Origin: an uncultured Methanosarcinaceae archaeon
Lineage (GTDB): Archaea; Halobacteriota; Methanosarcinia; Methanosarcinales; Methanosarcinaceae
Direction: 5' to 3'
NCBI GenBank assembly: GCA_963833425.1
Contig: CAWHXP010000002.1
Span: 288,001 to 352,000 of the forward strand
Length of the DNA stretch: 64,000 bases
In this document: piece by piece, positions 54,997 through 64,000 of the stretch
How positions within the stretch are numbered: position 1 is the stretch's first letter
Layout of the letters: each line of letters begins with the position of its first letter
Position numbers and translations under genes: made by a program
Notes under the pieces: generated by a model
Told to the model about the DNA's origin: nothing
What the model saw: the letters and a program-made list of their open reading frames with translations, nothing else
Database searches by the model: none

Positions 54997-56130
54997 GAGG
55001 ATTTCAATAAACTTCGGATTTTATTTCTTAGCAGTGATTTCTCAGATCTTCCCCTCAATTTCTCTATTTAATTCCTCTTTTTGGTTTTACTTAGTCTCAA
55101 TTCTTTGATTTTAAAGATAGCTTCCGCTATCTTCAATATACTTTTTTTATTTTCAATGTCCTCAATTGATGGAGATTATAACAAAAAGCCGTAAACAACA
55201 TTTTTAGATTTACTCTTTTAACAATAGTAACAAAAACTCTTCCTGCTTTGAAAATTTCATTCGTTACTGAATAAACTCTTTCCCCTGGGACTCTTTTTGA
55301 GCTAATTCTCTTATTTCTGAATATATCCTTTATTCCCCAACGTATGTCCTTTGACCGCTCTTTTCATTGTTGCATTATACCCTTTCGTTTTTGCTCCAAA
55401 GTATCCTCTGTCCCTATAAACCACTTCATTTTCCTCTGTCAAATCTACATATGAATCATGTACTGACGCAGTTGTTGTTTTGAATCTTCTGATCAGCTCA
55501 TAATCTCTGTCTATTATATTATGAAGCTTATATCCAAAGTGAGACTTACCTCCCTTCTTTGTCCATGTTCCGTCTCTGCTTCTTCTTGTTTTTGCCTCAT
55601 CTCTCTGCTTTTGCATGTCATGGATCTGAATGGATAAAAGTAACATACTGAATCAGTCCCTGCTTTATCTGGAAACCCAGAGTATCAAGTTGGCTTTGCA
55701 ACTTTTCCCATATTTTCTTTGAAATTCTCGATAATTCTCTCCCTAAATAGCCATACATTAGTACTGTCAGGTACTTATTCCGGAAATACAAGGAATTTCC
55801 TAAAAGAAATTCGATCTATACACTGTTTCTCAAGTTCAAAATCAGAGAGCCCATGCAATTGTTGTAAAACAAGCATTTTAAACATCACAATGACATCAGT
55901 TTCAGGTCTCCCTCCTGAAACGGTTTTATTGATATACATAGACTCAAGAATAATAAGAAACGTTTTCCAATCAATTAAGGAAGCAATTTCAGCAAGCTTA
56001 TCTCCAACAGATTCAAGAGTTTATACTCTTCTTTAAGAGCAAAATCGATAAGAGTTTTCATGAATATACATAAATATTGACAAATTTAAAGTCAACCATG
56101 CTCAAGAGCATGGAGGTTATCCAAAATCTC
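54997..56130 (-). mobile_element. IS5-family element, copy 2, frameshifted transposase
   Basis: Highly similar to 52834-53977; ends GAGGATTTCAATAA / TTATCCAAAATCTC; TATA on both flanks. Confidence 0.92.
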
Positions 56131-56591
56131 TATATTATGTGATAAATGTTCTACCATAACCATGGTTAAAACTGTTTAACTCCGATGACACTACACTCCT
56201 GCAAGATTGTGCGGATCCACACCTTTGACTTGGTGCCAAAAAGCAAACTAATTTTACGAAAAGAGACGAACTAGAGTGTTGAAAGAAAACAAAATGTGGC
56301 AGTGGTTCATTTCGTCCCTGACCAAAAGGACAGAGGATTAGTGACCTTCAAGCTCAAAAAAATGATAAAATCGATTATAAATTCCTCCAGGTCTACGCTA
56401 GTTAATGAGGAGCTTATGTTCCTGAGATTTTTGAATCCCTTGTGGAATCCCAATGTTTGAATTAATTAAAATAGCAATTGGTTGCAATGAATCAAAAATC
56501 TAGAAAAATAATAAAAGAATTTTCATATTTCTAGAAGATCTTTCCTTTTTTAACAAACCATAATCTTCAGCCACATTAATTAGCGTACTTC

Positions 56592-56729
56592 TTAATCGGC
56601 CTTAATGCGTTTGATAGTTGTAGGACGCTCTTTTACTAAGATTCGATGTCCACAGTAAGGACATCTTATACCTGTGTACTCGTAATCTACTTCGACTTTT
56701 TGTTTACATCGAGTGCACTTATAACCCAT
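56592..56729 (-). CDS. rpoP: RNA polymerase subunit P (Rpo12); absent from the ORF track
   Basis: Hand translation [45 protein letters not shown] (45 aa zinc ribbon). Confidence 0.95.
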   Translation of the reverse strand: MGYKCTRCKQKVEVDYEYTGIRCPYCGHRILVKERPTTIKRIKAD

Positions 56730-56750
56730 ATCACAACAACCTCAAAATTT

Positions 56751-57035
56751 TCATTTTGCCTCGGTAATGTTCTTCATCGTGCGCAACATGGTCTGACCGA
56801 CACTAGTGAAAGGAAGATAGGTTCCGCCAGCAAAGGTGTATTTACACTTACTGCATTCCCATATTCCTGTCCCGATTCTTTTAACAGTCGGACGAGCACA
56901 TTTAGTACACACATGTGGGGCTCGCATGCGTTCTTCTAGATCCGCCACAAGCTTTCTGTCCTTTCTCCCATACCTGGGACCGAACCTACCTGATGATCTG
57001 GAAATTCTTCCCTTTTTAGTAAATTTTTTTACCAT
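56751..57035 (-). CDS. rpl37ae: 50S ribosomal protein eL43 (L37Ae)
   Basis: [32 protein letters not shown]. Confidence 0.96.
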   Translation of the reverse strand: MVKKFTKKGRISRSSGRFGPRYGRKDRKLVADLEERMRAPHVCTKCARPTVKRIGTGIWECSKCKYTFAGGTYLPFTSVGQTMLRTMKNITEAK

Positions 57036-57175
57036 AGTTATAACTCCATAAAAATATACTTCTATTTCGAAACGATTCAACTCAAGCCGCTGAATAAGGC
57101 TCAAGAACGATATTTAGATATTCACCTCTGATTATATTTGTAGCACGTATACCGTAATATTGGCATTTAATATTT

Positions 57176-57263
57176 GAAAATTTCGATAAACTCCTAATTT
57201 ATATGGCTTATTTATATATAATTTATTTAAATATATATAATTATGAGGTTTATCGAAATTCTC
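57176..57263. mobile_element. 88 bp IS5-related MITE within the exosome operon
   Basis: GAAAATTTCGATAAAC ... GTTTATCGAAATTCTC, near-perfect 16 bp TIR. Confidence 0.75.
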
Positions 57264-57278
57264 TTAATAACCTTAGAC

Positions 57279-58070
57279 TTATTCCTTTCTTACAAGCCCT
57301 TCCAAATATAGTTTTCTAAGTTCGTTCGCCTTTTCGCTCGCCATATTGATTGCTTCCAGAACTTCTGCTTCAGTGAGAGGAACAGAACCCATTTTCTGCA
57401 TTCCAGCAACAGATCCATCTGAACTGGAAACAATTGTAAGTTTTGTCTCACAAATTGCCTCTTCATCCAGAGAGGGGTCCACCATTAACTTTGAACCGAT
57501 TTTAGCCAGAGTCACACCCAATGGTGTCTCTTTCATTGAAAGGGACACATTTTCCCCGATTCCCTGCTGCTCATTTGGAACAATCGTGGTCATAAGAGCT
57601 GCAATAGCAGCGAAACAGGAAGCATCAATAAGATTTCCCTCGTCATTGAGAACATGGACATCTATGAAGACTATCCAGACTGATTCTCCCACCGCTACGC
57701 ACAGCTTCTTTAAATCAATTGCGCCCGATTCCCTGATCCCCCTATCAACTACTCTTGCCATTTCGATTGCTTCTTCTCTGGGAGGACCTGGCTCAAAATC
57801 TGGAGAGGCAATAGGGTTAAGCTCAAGGTTGGTAATAATCACCCCTTCATCGGGCGAATCTGGAAAAGGAGTGCCTATCTGAAGCTTGACTCCTACGAGG
57901 ACCTGTGTATCACCAAGAGTTATTTTTGCTGAACCTTCAGCTTTAGTGATAATATTTGTTTCGAGCTTGATATCTCTGAAATCCTTAAATCCACGCCCAT
58001 CCTGTCGCTTACCTTTGACCATAAGATTGTAAATATAATCCTTCTTGAGCGTAGCAATAACTTCACTCAT
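57279..58070 (-). CDS. rrp42: Exosome subunit Rrp42
   Basis: R.DGR..DFR, KAEGSA, FEPGPP, ARVVDRGIRES, GNLIDA. Confidence 0.95.
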   Translation of the reverse strand: MSEVIATLKKDYIYNLMVKGKRQDGRGFKDFRDIKLETNIITKAEGSAKITLGDTQVLVGVKLQIGTPFPDSPDEGVIITNLELNPIASPDFEPGPPREEAIEMARVVDRGIRESGAIDLKKLCVAVGESVWIVFIDVHVLNDEGNLIDASCFAAIAALMTTIVPNEQQGIGENVSLSMKETPLGVTLAKIGSKLMVDPSLDEEAICETKLTIVSSSDGSVAGMQKMGSVPLTEAEVLEAINMASEKANELRKLYLEGLVRKE

Positions 58071-59430
58071 CTCTATCACCTTTGTTTCCTGATTCGGAAG
58101 GATCTTTTACTACCAACCAGGGATCTTTGGAATTTTCTTTTTCACATTTTTCTTCAACTTTTACTGCTCCCTCGTCAAGAACCTTTTTTCTGGATTTATC
58201 TTTGAATTCAAGCTCTTTTTCGGAGTCAAAAGTCTTTTCTGAGATGGCTTCTTCAGTTGTGGATTTCTCGCAAAGCAGAGTTTCTTTTTCAGCAGATTCC
58301 TCAGACTCAAATTTCATTTTTTCCGCGTCAGAGGATACAGCTTCTTCCTTGATAAGCTCAAGCTCTTCAAACTCTGCAATTTTGGGAACTACCTCTAAAG
58401 ATGCTTTAGGATCAGCTTCTTCTTCGATTTCAGCTCCGATTACCTCTTCTAAAGCCTCTTCATCTACTAAGGACTCAGTTTCTTCAATTTTATTTTCTAA
58501 TTCCTCACATTCATGAATCTCTTCAGTAACAGTATCTTCTTCAGCGATTGTTTCAAAAATATCCTCTTCAAAAACATTGACTTCTTCATGAATTTCTTTG
58601 ACTACTGCTATCTCTGAAGCGCATTTCAGGGGCACTTCTGCTTCTATAACTTTGTTCTCAAGATCTGAGATCTCCTCAATAAAAGTCTCTTTTGCAGGCT
58701 CTTCGATGGGAGTTTCGAACTTCCTTCTCAGAACTACTTGTTGAATTTCGAGTATTTCTTTACATCCTTTTCTTACAAGTTCGAGGCCTTTCTTGATTTC
58801 TTCAGATGTAAGGTGCCCGTCCATCTGGAGCAGAGTAATCTCTCCGTCCTGAGTCATCGCGACAGGAAAATCGGCCTCTCCATAATTATCTTCTTCCTTG
58901 TTAAGGTCTAGTACTATTTGCCCATCAACTTTTCCGAAAGCACAGGAAGTTATGAGACCTTTCATAGGAATTCCGGCATCTGCAAGAGCTATACTTGAAG
59001 CATTGATTGCTGCTGTTCTTGTCCCTGCATCAGCTTGAAGTACTTCTACAAAAATATCAATCGCCGTTTTTGGGAAAAGCTCACCCATAATTACCGGTTC
59101 AAAGGCTTCTCTAGAAACTTTTGAAATTTCGATGCTCCGTCTGTTAGGACCTGGACGAGCGCGGTCCTCAACGGAAAAAGAAGCCATATTATACTTATAA
59201 CGGATAACTGCAGTATCTGCGCGCTGCATACGACGGGGATGAGCTTCTCTCGGGCCAAATACTCCTACCAGGACTTTGTTTCTACCCCATTCAAGGTAAC
59301 ATGAACCATCAGCTCTAGAAAGCACTCCAATTTCAATTTTCATGGGCCTAATTTCATCCGCTCGCCTCCCATCAAGACGAAACCCGTCATCAGTGATTAA
59401 TTTTCCAGCCTTATCACTTATACAACTCAT
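58063..59430 (-). CDS. rrp41: Exosome exonuclease Rrp41 with long acidic tail
   Basis: RLDGRR.DEIRP, RADGS.Y, GPRE.HP, QADAGTR, DLNKEED; ~215 aa Glu-rich extension. Confidence 0.95.
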   Translation of the reverse strand: MSCISDKAGKLITDDGFRLDGRRADEIRPMKIEIGVLSRADGSCYLEWGRNKVLVGVFGPREAHPRRMQRADTAVIRYKYNMASFSVEDRARPGPNRRSIEISKVSREAFEPVIMGELFPKTAIDIFVEVLQADAGTRTAAINASSIALADAGIPMKGLITSCAFGKVDGQIVLDLNKEEDNYGEADFPVAMTQDGEITLLQMDGHLTSEEIKKGLELVRKGCKEILEIQQVVLRRKFETPIEEPAKETFIEEISDLENKVIEAEVPLKCASEIAVVKEIHEEVNVFEEDIFETIAEEDTVTEEIHECEELENKIEETESLVDEEALEEVIGAEIEEEADPKASLEVVPKIAEFEELELIKEEAVSSDAEKMKFESEESAEKETLLCEKSTTEEAISEKTFDSEKELEFKDKSRKKVLDEGAVKVEEKCEKENSKDPWLVVKDPSESGNKGDRDE

Positions 59431-59508
59431 GCTTTGATCTCCAAAAAACTCACAAAACAAATCAGCTTATAGAAGATTCCTTAAAATCTCTCATAATTCT
59501 ACTAAAAC

Positions 59509-60291
59509 TCAATTCTTTGGATCCAGCAATACGTCAATTTTCCTGTATATATCTTCGAAATTATCTTCTTTTGCTAATTTAGCACCTTTATGTGCATTTT
59601 TAAAAATTTTTAAATTACTGGACTCACTCTGTACAAACCTTTCATTTTTCAGAAAATTATATATCCTATCTGTCAATCCGGAACGCTGTGCCTCAGCTTC
59701 GATCTTCCGTAAAGCTTTGCTCAAAAGCTCTACATCTTCATCCTTCCCATCGATCCATATTCTACCGTTCTGGCCAACGAAAATACTGCAGTTTGTTTCT
59801 TTCTTCAGCATTGAGATCATAGAACCGCCGTGTCCTATCACACGAGGGACCTTGACAGGCTCAACCTCGACAATCTGACCCGTTTTGAGTTTGTGGAAGT
59901 TTGAATCCCTCAAGCCAAGCTCAATTTTCATGGAGCTATCTACATCTTTTACCCTGATAATCATAGAATCGCCTACATTCAGAATTTCAGGCATATCCCG
60001 TGATTCTAATCTTCTTGGATATTCAGATACATGGAATAAACCATCATAAGGAGAAGCAATGTCCATTATCCAGTTGGACGGCGTAACCACAATAACGATC
60101 CCTATCACAACATCATTTACTGAGGGGATATAGGCTCCTTCGAGAGGGGTTACTACAGCTTTATCATCTTTGAGATTCTCAATACCACAAAAAGAAGAAT
60201 ATATCTTGTTATTCTTCACATATGTCCCATATCCGGCTTTTCTTGTGTTCGCGGATATTAGGTCACCAGGAATCACTATTTTTTTATCCAT
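59509..60291 (-). CDS. rrp4: Exosome RNA-binding subunit Rrp4
   Basis: VIPGD, Y.P.V.D.VIG (S1), VPRVIG.GGSMI and GQNGRIW (KH). Confidence 0.95.
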   Translation of the reverse strand: MDKKIVIPGDLISANTRKAGYGTYVKNNKIYSSFCGIENLKDDKAVVTPLEGAYIPSVNDVVIGIVIVVTPSNWIMDIASPYDGLFHVSEYPRRLESRDMPEILNVGDSMIIRVKDVDSSMKIELGLRDSNFHKLKTGQIVEVEPVKVPRVIGHGGSMISMLKKETNCSIFVGQNGRIWIDGKDEDVELLSKALRKIEAEAQRSGLTDRIYNFLKNERFVQSESSNLKIFKNAHKGAKLAKEDNFEDIYRKIDVLLDPKN

Positions 60292-60302
60292 CCAACATCC
60301 TC

Positions 60303-60995
60303 TTATAAAAGTTTAGTTTTAGCCTCACCTTTCGTAAGATGATTTATAAGAGCGTAAAAATCAGTTTGGATTCCTCCCGGAATCCTTATAACTGCAATCC
60401 AAGAGCCGTCACGCAGCCATTCTTCTTTTGTAATAGTTCCAACCTTGGAAATGTCTCCATATGCTTTTGGGGCATATTTTGGGGGAATTTTCACAGCAAT
60501 ATTGATTTCTTCAAAACGTATGGGTATAAGTGGACGAATGGCTTTCATTGTAATGTTTACGAGTTGATCCACACTTTTTAAAGGGTCTATATGAACTTTT
60601 GCTTCCTCCATCGCTTTTTCAATCCTTGCGGGAGGATGCGGTGCTCTTGTCTGGGGATTTATAGCATTTTTGGAAATAGTATAGATAACCTTTTTCTTTT
60701 TTTCCTCAAGCATGCATCTTCTCTGCTCAGCTGTAAGCTGAAGTTCTCCACTTTTCAGGATCAAGGCAGCAATCTCCAAGAGGTCAGTAGTCTCAAAAGA
60801 ATTGATAATATCGGATTCTGCTGCGCGATCCCCTTTGTTTGCATCTTCGAATATTGTTTCAACTGCCAGAACGTCCTCTAGATTTACTTCCTCTCCTCGT
60901 TTGTAGGCCAGAGCTCCTTCTGGCTCGACCAGGATTTCGAAATGTTTGTTGCCTCTTTTAAGTCTTGCAGTAACTGCCTCATCCAGGGACACCAT
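60303..60995 (-). CDS. sdo1: Ribosome maturation factor SBDS/Sdo1
   Basis: [32 protein letters not shown]. Confidence 0.95.
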   Translation of the reverse strand: MVSLDEAVTARLKRGNKHFEILVEPEGALAYKRGEEVNLEDVLAVETIFEDANKGDRAAESDIINSFETTDLLEIAALILKSGELQLTAEQRRCMLEEKKKKVIYTISKNAINPQTRAPHPPARIEKAMEEAKVHIDPLKSVDQLVNITMKAIRPLIPIRFEEINIAVKIPPKYAPKAYGDISKVGTITKEEWLRDGSWIAVIRIPGGIQTDFYALINHLTKGEAKTKLL

Positions 60996-61075
60996 TTCCA
61001 AATACCTTCTCCAAACCATAATTTTGAGAATAAAAAATTCTCTAATACTCATTTCCTGAAAATTAATATAGCTTT

Positions 61076-61825
61076 TTATTCTTTGTGTTCAGTCTCTCTG
61101 TGTTTAGCATGGATCTCCTGAACATATTTCTCAACTTCTTCAGGAACCAATTTCCTGAACTTCTGATCCTGAAGGGAAATAATACCCACTTCAAGGGTTG
61201 AAGCTTCGAATTTACCTTCAGCAGCTCTATAGAGTGCATCCATGCCGAGGAGAATAGCTGCATCAATATTCATGTCTTCTCTGTAATCAGCCTCAAAAAC
61301 TTCAACTACTGCATTTCTGCCTGCTCCAATAGCTGTTGCTTTGTATTCCAGAAGAGCGCCACTTGGATCGGTCTCAAATAATCTGGGTAGATTATCATTC
61401 ACACCTGCGATAAGAAGTGCAGTACCGTAGGGGCGAACACCTCCATACTGTGTGTAGGTCTGCTTATGGTCACAAATTTTTTTGGAGATGACCTCCACAC
61501 CTATGGGTTCATCATAAGAAACCCTGTTGACCTGTGCTTCTACACGAGCCCTATCAACAAGTGAGCGGGCGTCAGCCACAAGCCCAGAAGTTGCGGCTCC
61601 GATGTGGTCATCGATTTGGAAAATTTTTTCTATTGATTCAGCTTCCACAAGCCTACTCGTAATTCTCTTATCAACCAGCAGCACTACCCCGTCAGCTGCT
61701 TTTATTCCCACGGCTGTTGTTCCCCTTTTAACTGCCTCGCGGGCATATTCTACCTGAAAAAGTCTTCCATCAGGGCTAAAAACAGTAATTGCCCTGTCAT
61801 AACCCATTTGTGGTGCCATCTGCAT
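61076..61825 (-). CDS. psmA: Proteasome alpha subunit
   Basis: [34 protein letters not shown]. Confidence 0.98.
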   Translation of the reverse strand: MQMAPQMGYDRAITVFSPDGRLFQVEYAREAVKRGTTAVGIKAADGVVLLVDKRITSRLVEAESIEKIFQIDDHIGAATSGLVADARSLVDRARVEAQVNRVSYDEPIGVEVISKKICDHKQTYTQYGGVRPYGTALLIAGVNDNLPRLFETDPSGALLEYKATAIGAGRNAVVEVFEADYREDMNIDAAILLGMDALYRAAEGKFEASTLEVGIISLQDQKFRKLVPEEVEKYVQEIHAKHRETEHKE

Positions 61826-62618
61826 ATTCCATATCTCCCTTATATCTATTACTTGTTGTTCCCAATTTTTCCGGCAAATAACCGGTATTATTTCCTTTAG
61901 GATCTCTACCCGCAGAGTCGTCAGCTAAATAAACGCCTTCCAAAAAAAGGCTTTGGTCATTGGTCACGATGCTATGCGAATATTCCAAAATTCAGGAGCT
62001 TGAAGCCCCATACTCTTCATTTAGGCAAGGAAAAAGTATTTTGATCCACTATAACGTATTTCTTCCTTATTATAGTTTTTAACCTTTTATTCGGGACTTC
62101 AAATCCTGGCAGTTTTTTTGATGAAACCAGCGAAAATACACTATGTAAAGGGAATTCAAAGGCACTTTTACCAAATAAAAATACGTCCCCCAAATAGTGA
62201 CACGGATTCACGTACTTAAGGAAACTATTTTAATTGTTTTTGTGGTCTAGTTCCAATGTTAACCAAATCCGTTAATAAAGTGTATTTACTCAGTTATAAT
62301 GCTTGTGAGGTCCATGTATTTCTGGTACCTAAATTCGGGCTTTGAAAACCTAATTGAGTTAACCTTCTACCTTTTCCAATGCATTCGGATTTCGGGCCTA
62401 CTTTTTTTATCAGGACCTTACTCATCCACAATCAACTTTTAGAAATTTTGTATAAGCTACATCACTGTCAATCAGTCCCACTAATCAATATCTTACACTA
62501 ATATAATACTCATCCATTGTTGTATATGTTAAGCAGCTCTATGGCTGAAAATTCGATGTAAACATAAAAAAATACCAATAAAAGCTGCCAATGTTTATTT
62601 TCTTGAACCTTCAAGATT

Positions 62619-63002
62619 TTATTCTTCACCCTTTCTGAATTTAGTCTCAATTTCGGGCTTAAAGGCCTTATGAATTTGGAGGAATTTTTCAGTGGCTCTT
62701 TTAACTGTACCTGAAATCCCAAATATATGCAAAGTTACCCTCTTCCCGTTAATCCGAGTGAGAGCTGCCAGAGAAGCTCTTGTTTCTTTTACTCTGGTAC
62801 TGGAGCACTGGATAATACCTTTCCAGTCTTCAAACCCCAAAATCTTAATGTCACATTCACTTGAAATTACATCTCCGAGCAGCGAGGAAGCAGAAGATAT
62901 GATCTCCTTTACCAAATCACTCCTTACTACGGGCCCCTCGGAAATAAGCTCAAAAGCAATATAGCGTTTTTTTCCGCGAAGCGAAGGAAGCAAGCGTTTC
63001 AA
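62619..63002 (-). CDS. rnp2: RNase P protein component 2 (Pop5/Rpp14)
   Basis: LPSLR.KKRYIAF, GIIQC, GISGTVK. Confidence 0.92.
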   Translation of the reverse strand: MKRLLPSLRGKKRYIAFELISEGPVVRSDLVKEIISSASSLLGDVISSECDIKILGFEDWKGIIQCSSTRVKETRASLAALTRINGKRVTLHIFGISGTVKRATEKFLQIHKAFKPEIETKFRKGEE

Positions 63003-63718
63003 AAATGATCACACTCATCGAGTAATTCGATGCCTTCTCTTATATATCCAGATGCAAGACGTTTCCTTGAAATAATTTTTTCAGGCACAGTACACATAGC
63101 TTCAAGAGCTTCTTCTTCTTCAAGCCCGCATATTTCAGCCATAGCAAGTGTTTCCATTGGGGAACGCAGGTCAAAACAGGACATCGCACTGCTTGAGAGC
63201 ACAAGAGAAACGTCATATTTCCTGACAAGGTCTAGGTTTGCCCTGAGAGCCGATAACAGACGGATACGTCTGGAACCCCTTGAATGGAGGAAAGGCCTCA
63301 ATGTCAGGCCTATTGAAACCCCGTTTTCAGCTGCTGCCTTTGCAAGCACCTGATTTAACCCACTGCTCTTATCAAAAGCCGGATGATTCAATATATCTAC
63401 CCTGAAATTTTCCAACGAAGTCTTGTTGACAGTCTCTGAACCTCCATGTACTATCAAAACATCCACCGATTTTCTGAATTTCCCTATTAAACTGTTAAGT
63501 TTCGAAGGATTTTCTTCTACAAGCTCAATTCCTTTGAAAATTTCAAATCCATTGGTTGAGGTAAGTAATGGTGGTGATTGAGGAAGTTTATCTGAATGGT
63601 TTGCAAGCACGATTCCACTGTACCCGAAATGCATGGCTAGTGTAGAAAGTTGCTCAACAGTATTATCCCCATCAGGAATTGCATGAACGCAAAAATCATA
63701 AAATTTTGGTTTACCCAA
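62999..63718 (-). CDS. rnp3: RNase P protein component 3 (Rpp30)
   Basis: YDFCVH, HGG, VDIL.HP, LAKAAAEN.V, DLRSP. Confidence 0.92.
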   Translation of the reverse strand: MGKPKFYDFCVHAIPDGDNTVEQLSTLAMHFGYSGIVLANHSDKLPQSPPLLTSTNGFEIFKGIELVEENPSKLNSLIGKFRKSVDVLIVHGGSETVNKTSLENFRVDILNHPAFDKSSGLNQVLAKAAAENGVSIGLTLRPFLHSRGSRRIRLLSALRANLDLVRKYDVSLVLSSSAMSCFDLRSPMETLAMAEICGLEEEEALEAMCTVPEKIISRKRLASGYIREGIELLDECDHF

Positions 63719-64000
63719 AAAACTCCTCCACTATGGCTCCGGCTTTTTCCCTACTCTTCGGATATGTCTTGATCTTGACTTTTACGGTGATCGCATTCGA
63801 AGAATCAGTTAACCTTACCTTCTGCAAGTACGCAGCCTGCTTATCAAAGCGGAGATGGAAAACCTGATCATTGTCCAGCCTCTCAGACATTTCATTCCTG
63901 AGCCGTACTACATCTTTCTCTAAAAAATGTTCCCGGACAAAACTAGCAAAACCCAGGCAGTCTGCCTTCCTTTTAACCTGTAAGCTCAATACAGTAATGG
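63711..64000 (-). CDS. Predicted RNA-binding protein of the exosome superoperon (COG1325-like), 5' truncated by window edge
   Basis: FHLRFDKQAAY, KIKTYP; frame open to the window end. Confidence 0.8.
   Translation of the reverse strand, partial: ITVLSLQVKRKADCLGFASFVREHFLEKDVVRLRNEMSERLDNDQVFHLRFDKQAAYLQKVRLTDSSNAITVKVKIKTYPKSREKAGAIVEEFFG

Noticed and set aside
52834..56130. True composite transposon
   Set aside because: Each IS has its own target duplication and the outer flanks do not share one
56305..56345. Possible IS605-type end hairpin (GTCCCTGACC-AAAA-GGACAGAGG)
   Set aside because: Imperfect and isolated; no tnpA/tnpB sequence recognised next to it

Overview
Chromosomal window from a Methanosarcina-like methanogenic archaeon, inferred from gene content and protein style. 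Bases 1-12.5 kb are an AT-rich, partly decayed cell-surface/glycosylation island (glycosyltransferase, flippase, SAM methyltransferase, YVTN/Ig-like surface genes, IS scars). The conserved core follows: ytfJ/gerW-DUF2953-RFAP synthase-nop5-fibrillarin; a convergent UbiA prenyltransferase / divergent geranylgeranyl reductase / radical SAM operon; tgtA; PAC2-DUF473; a ~6.5 kb stretch of gene remnants; thermosome; larA; trmJ-mcm-DUF424 and two coiled-coil genes; an uncharacterised motif-repeat gene ahead of smc-scpA-scpB (ScpB has a large C-terminal extension); tbp; aglJ; protein-only RNase P (HARP) between two dead IS5 copies; and the exosome/proteasome/RNase P superoperon. An ~88 bp IS5-related MITE family has about nine copies. 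The best candidate for an undescribed system is the UbiA-GGR-radical SAM operon, whose enzyme set fits the chemistry needed for methanophenazine; this is inference. No tRNA, rRNA or CRISPR array was recognised. All calls are by eye, without searches.
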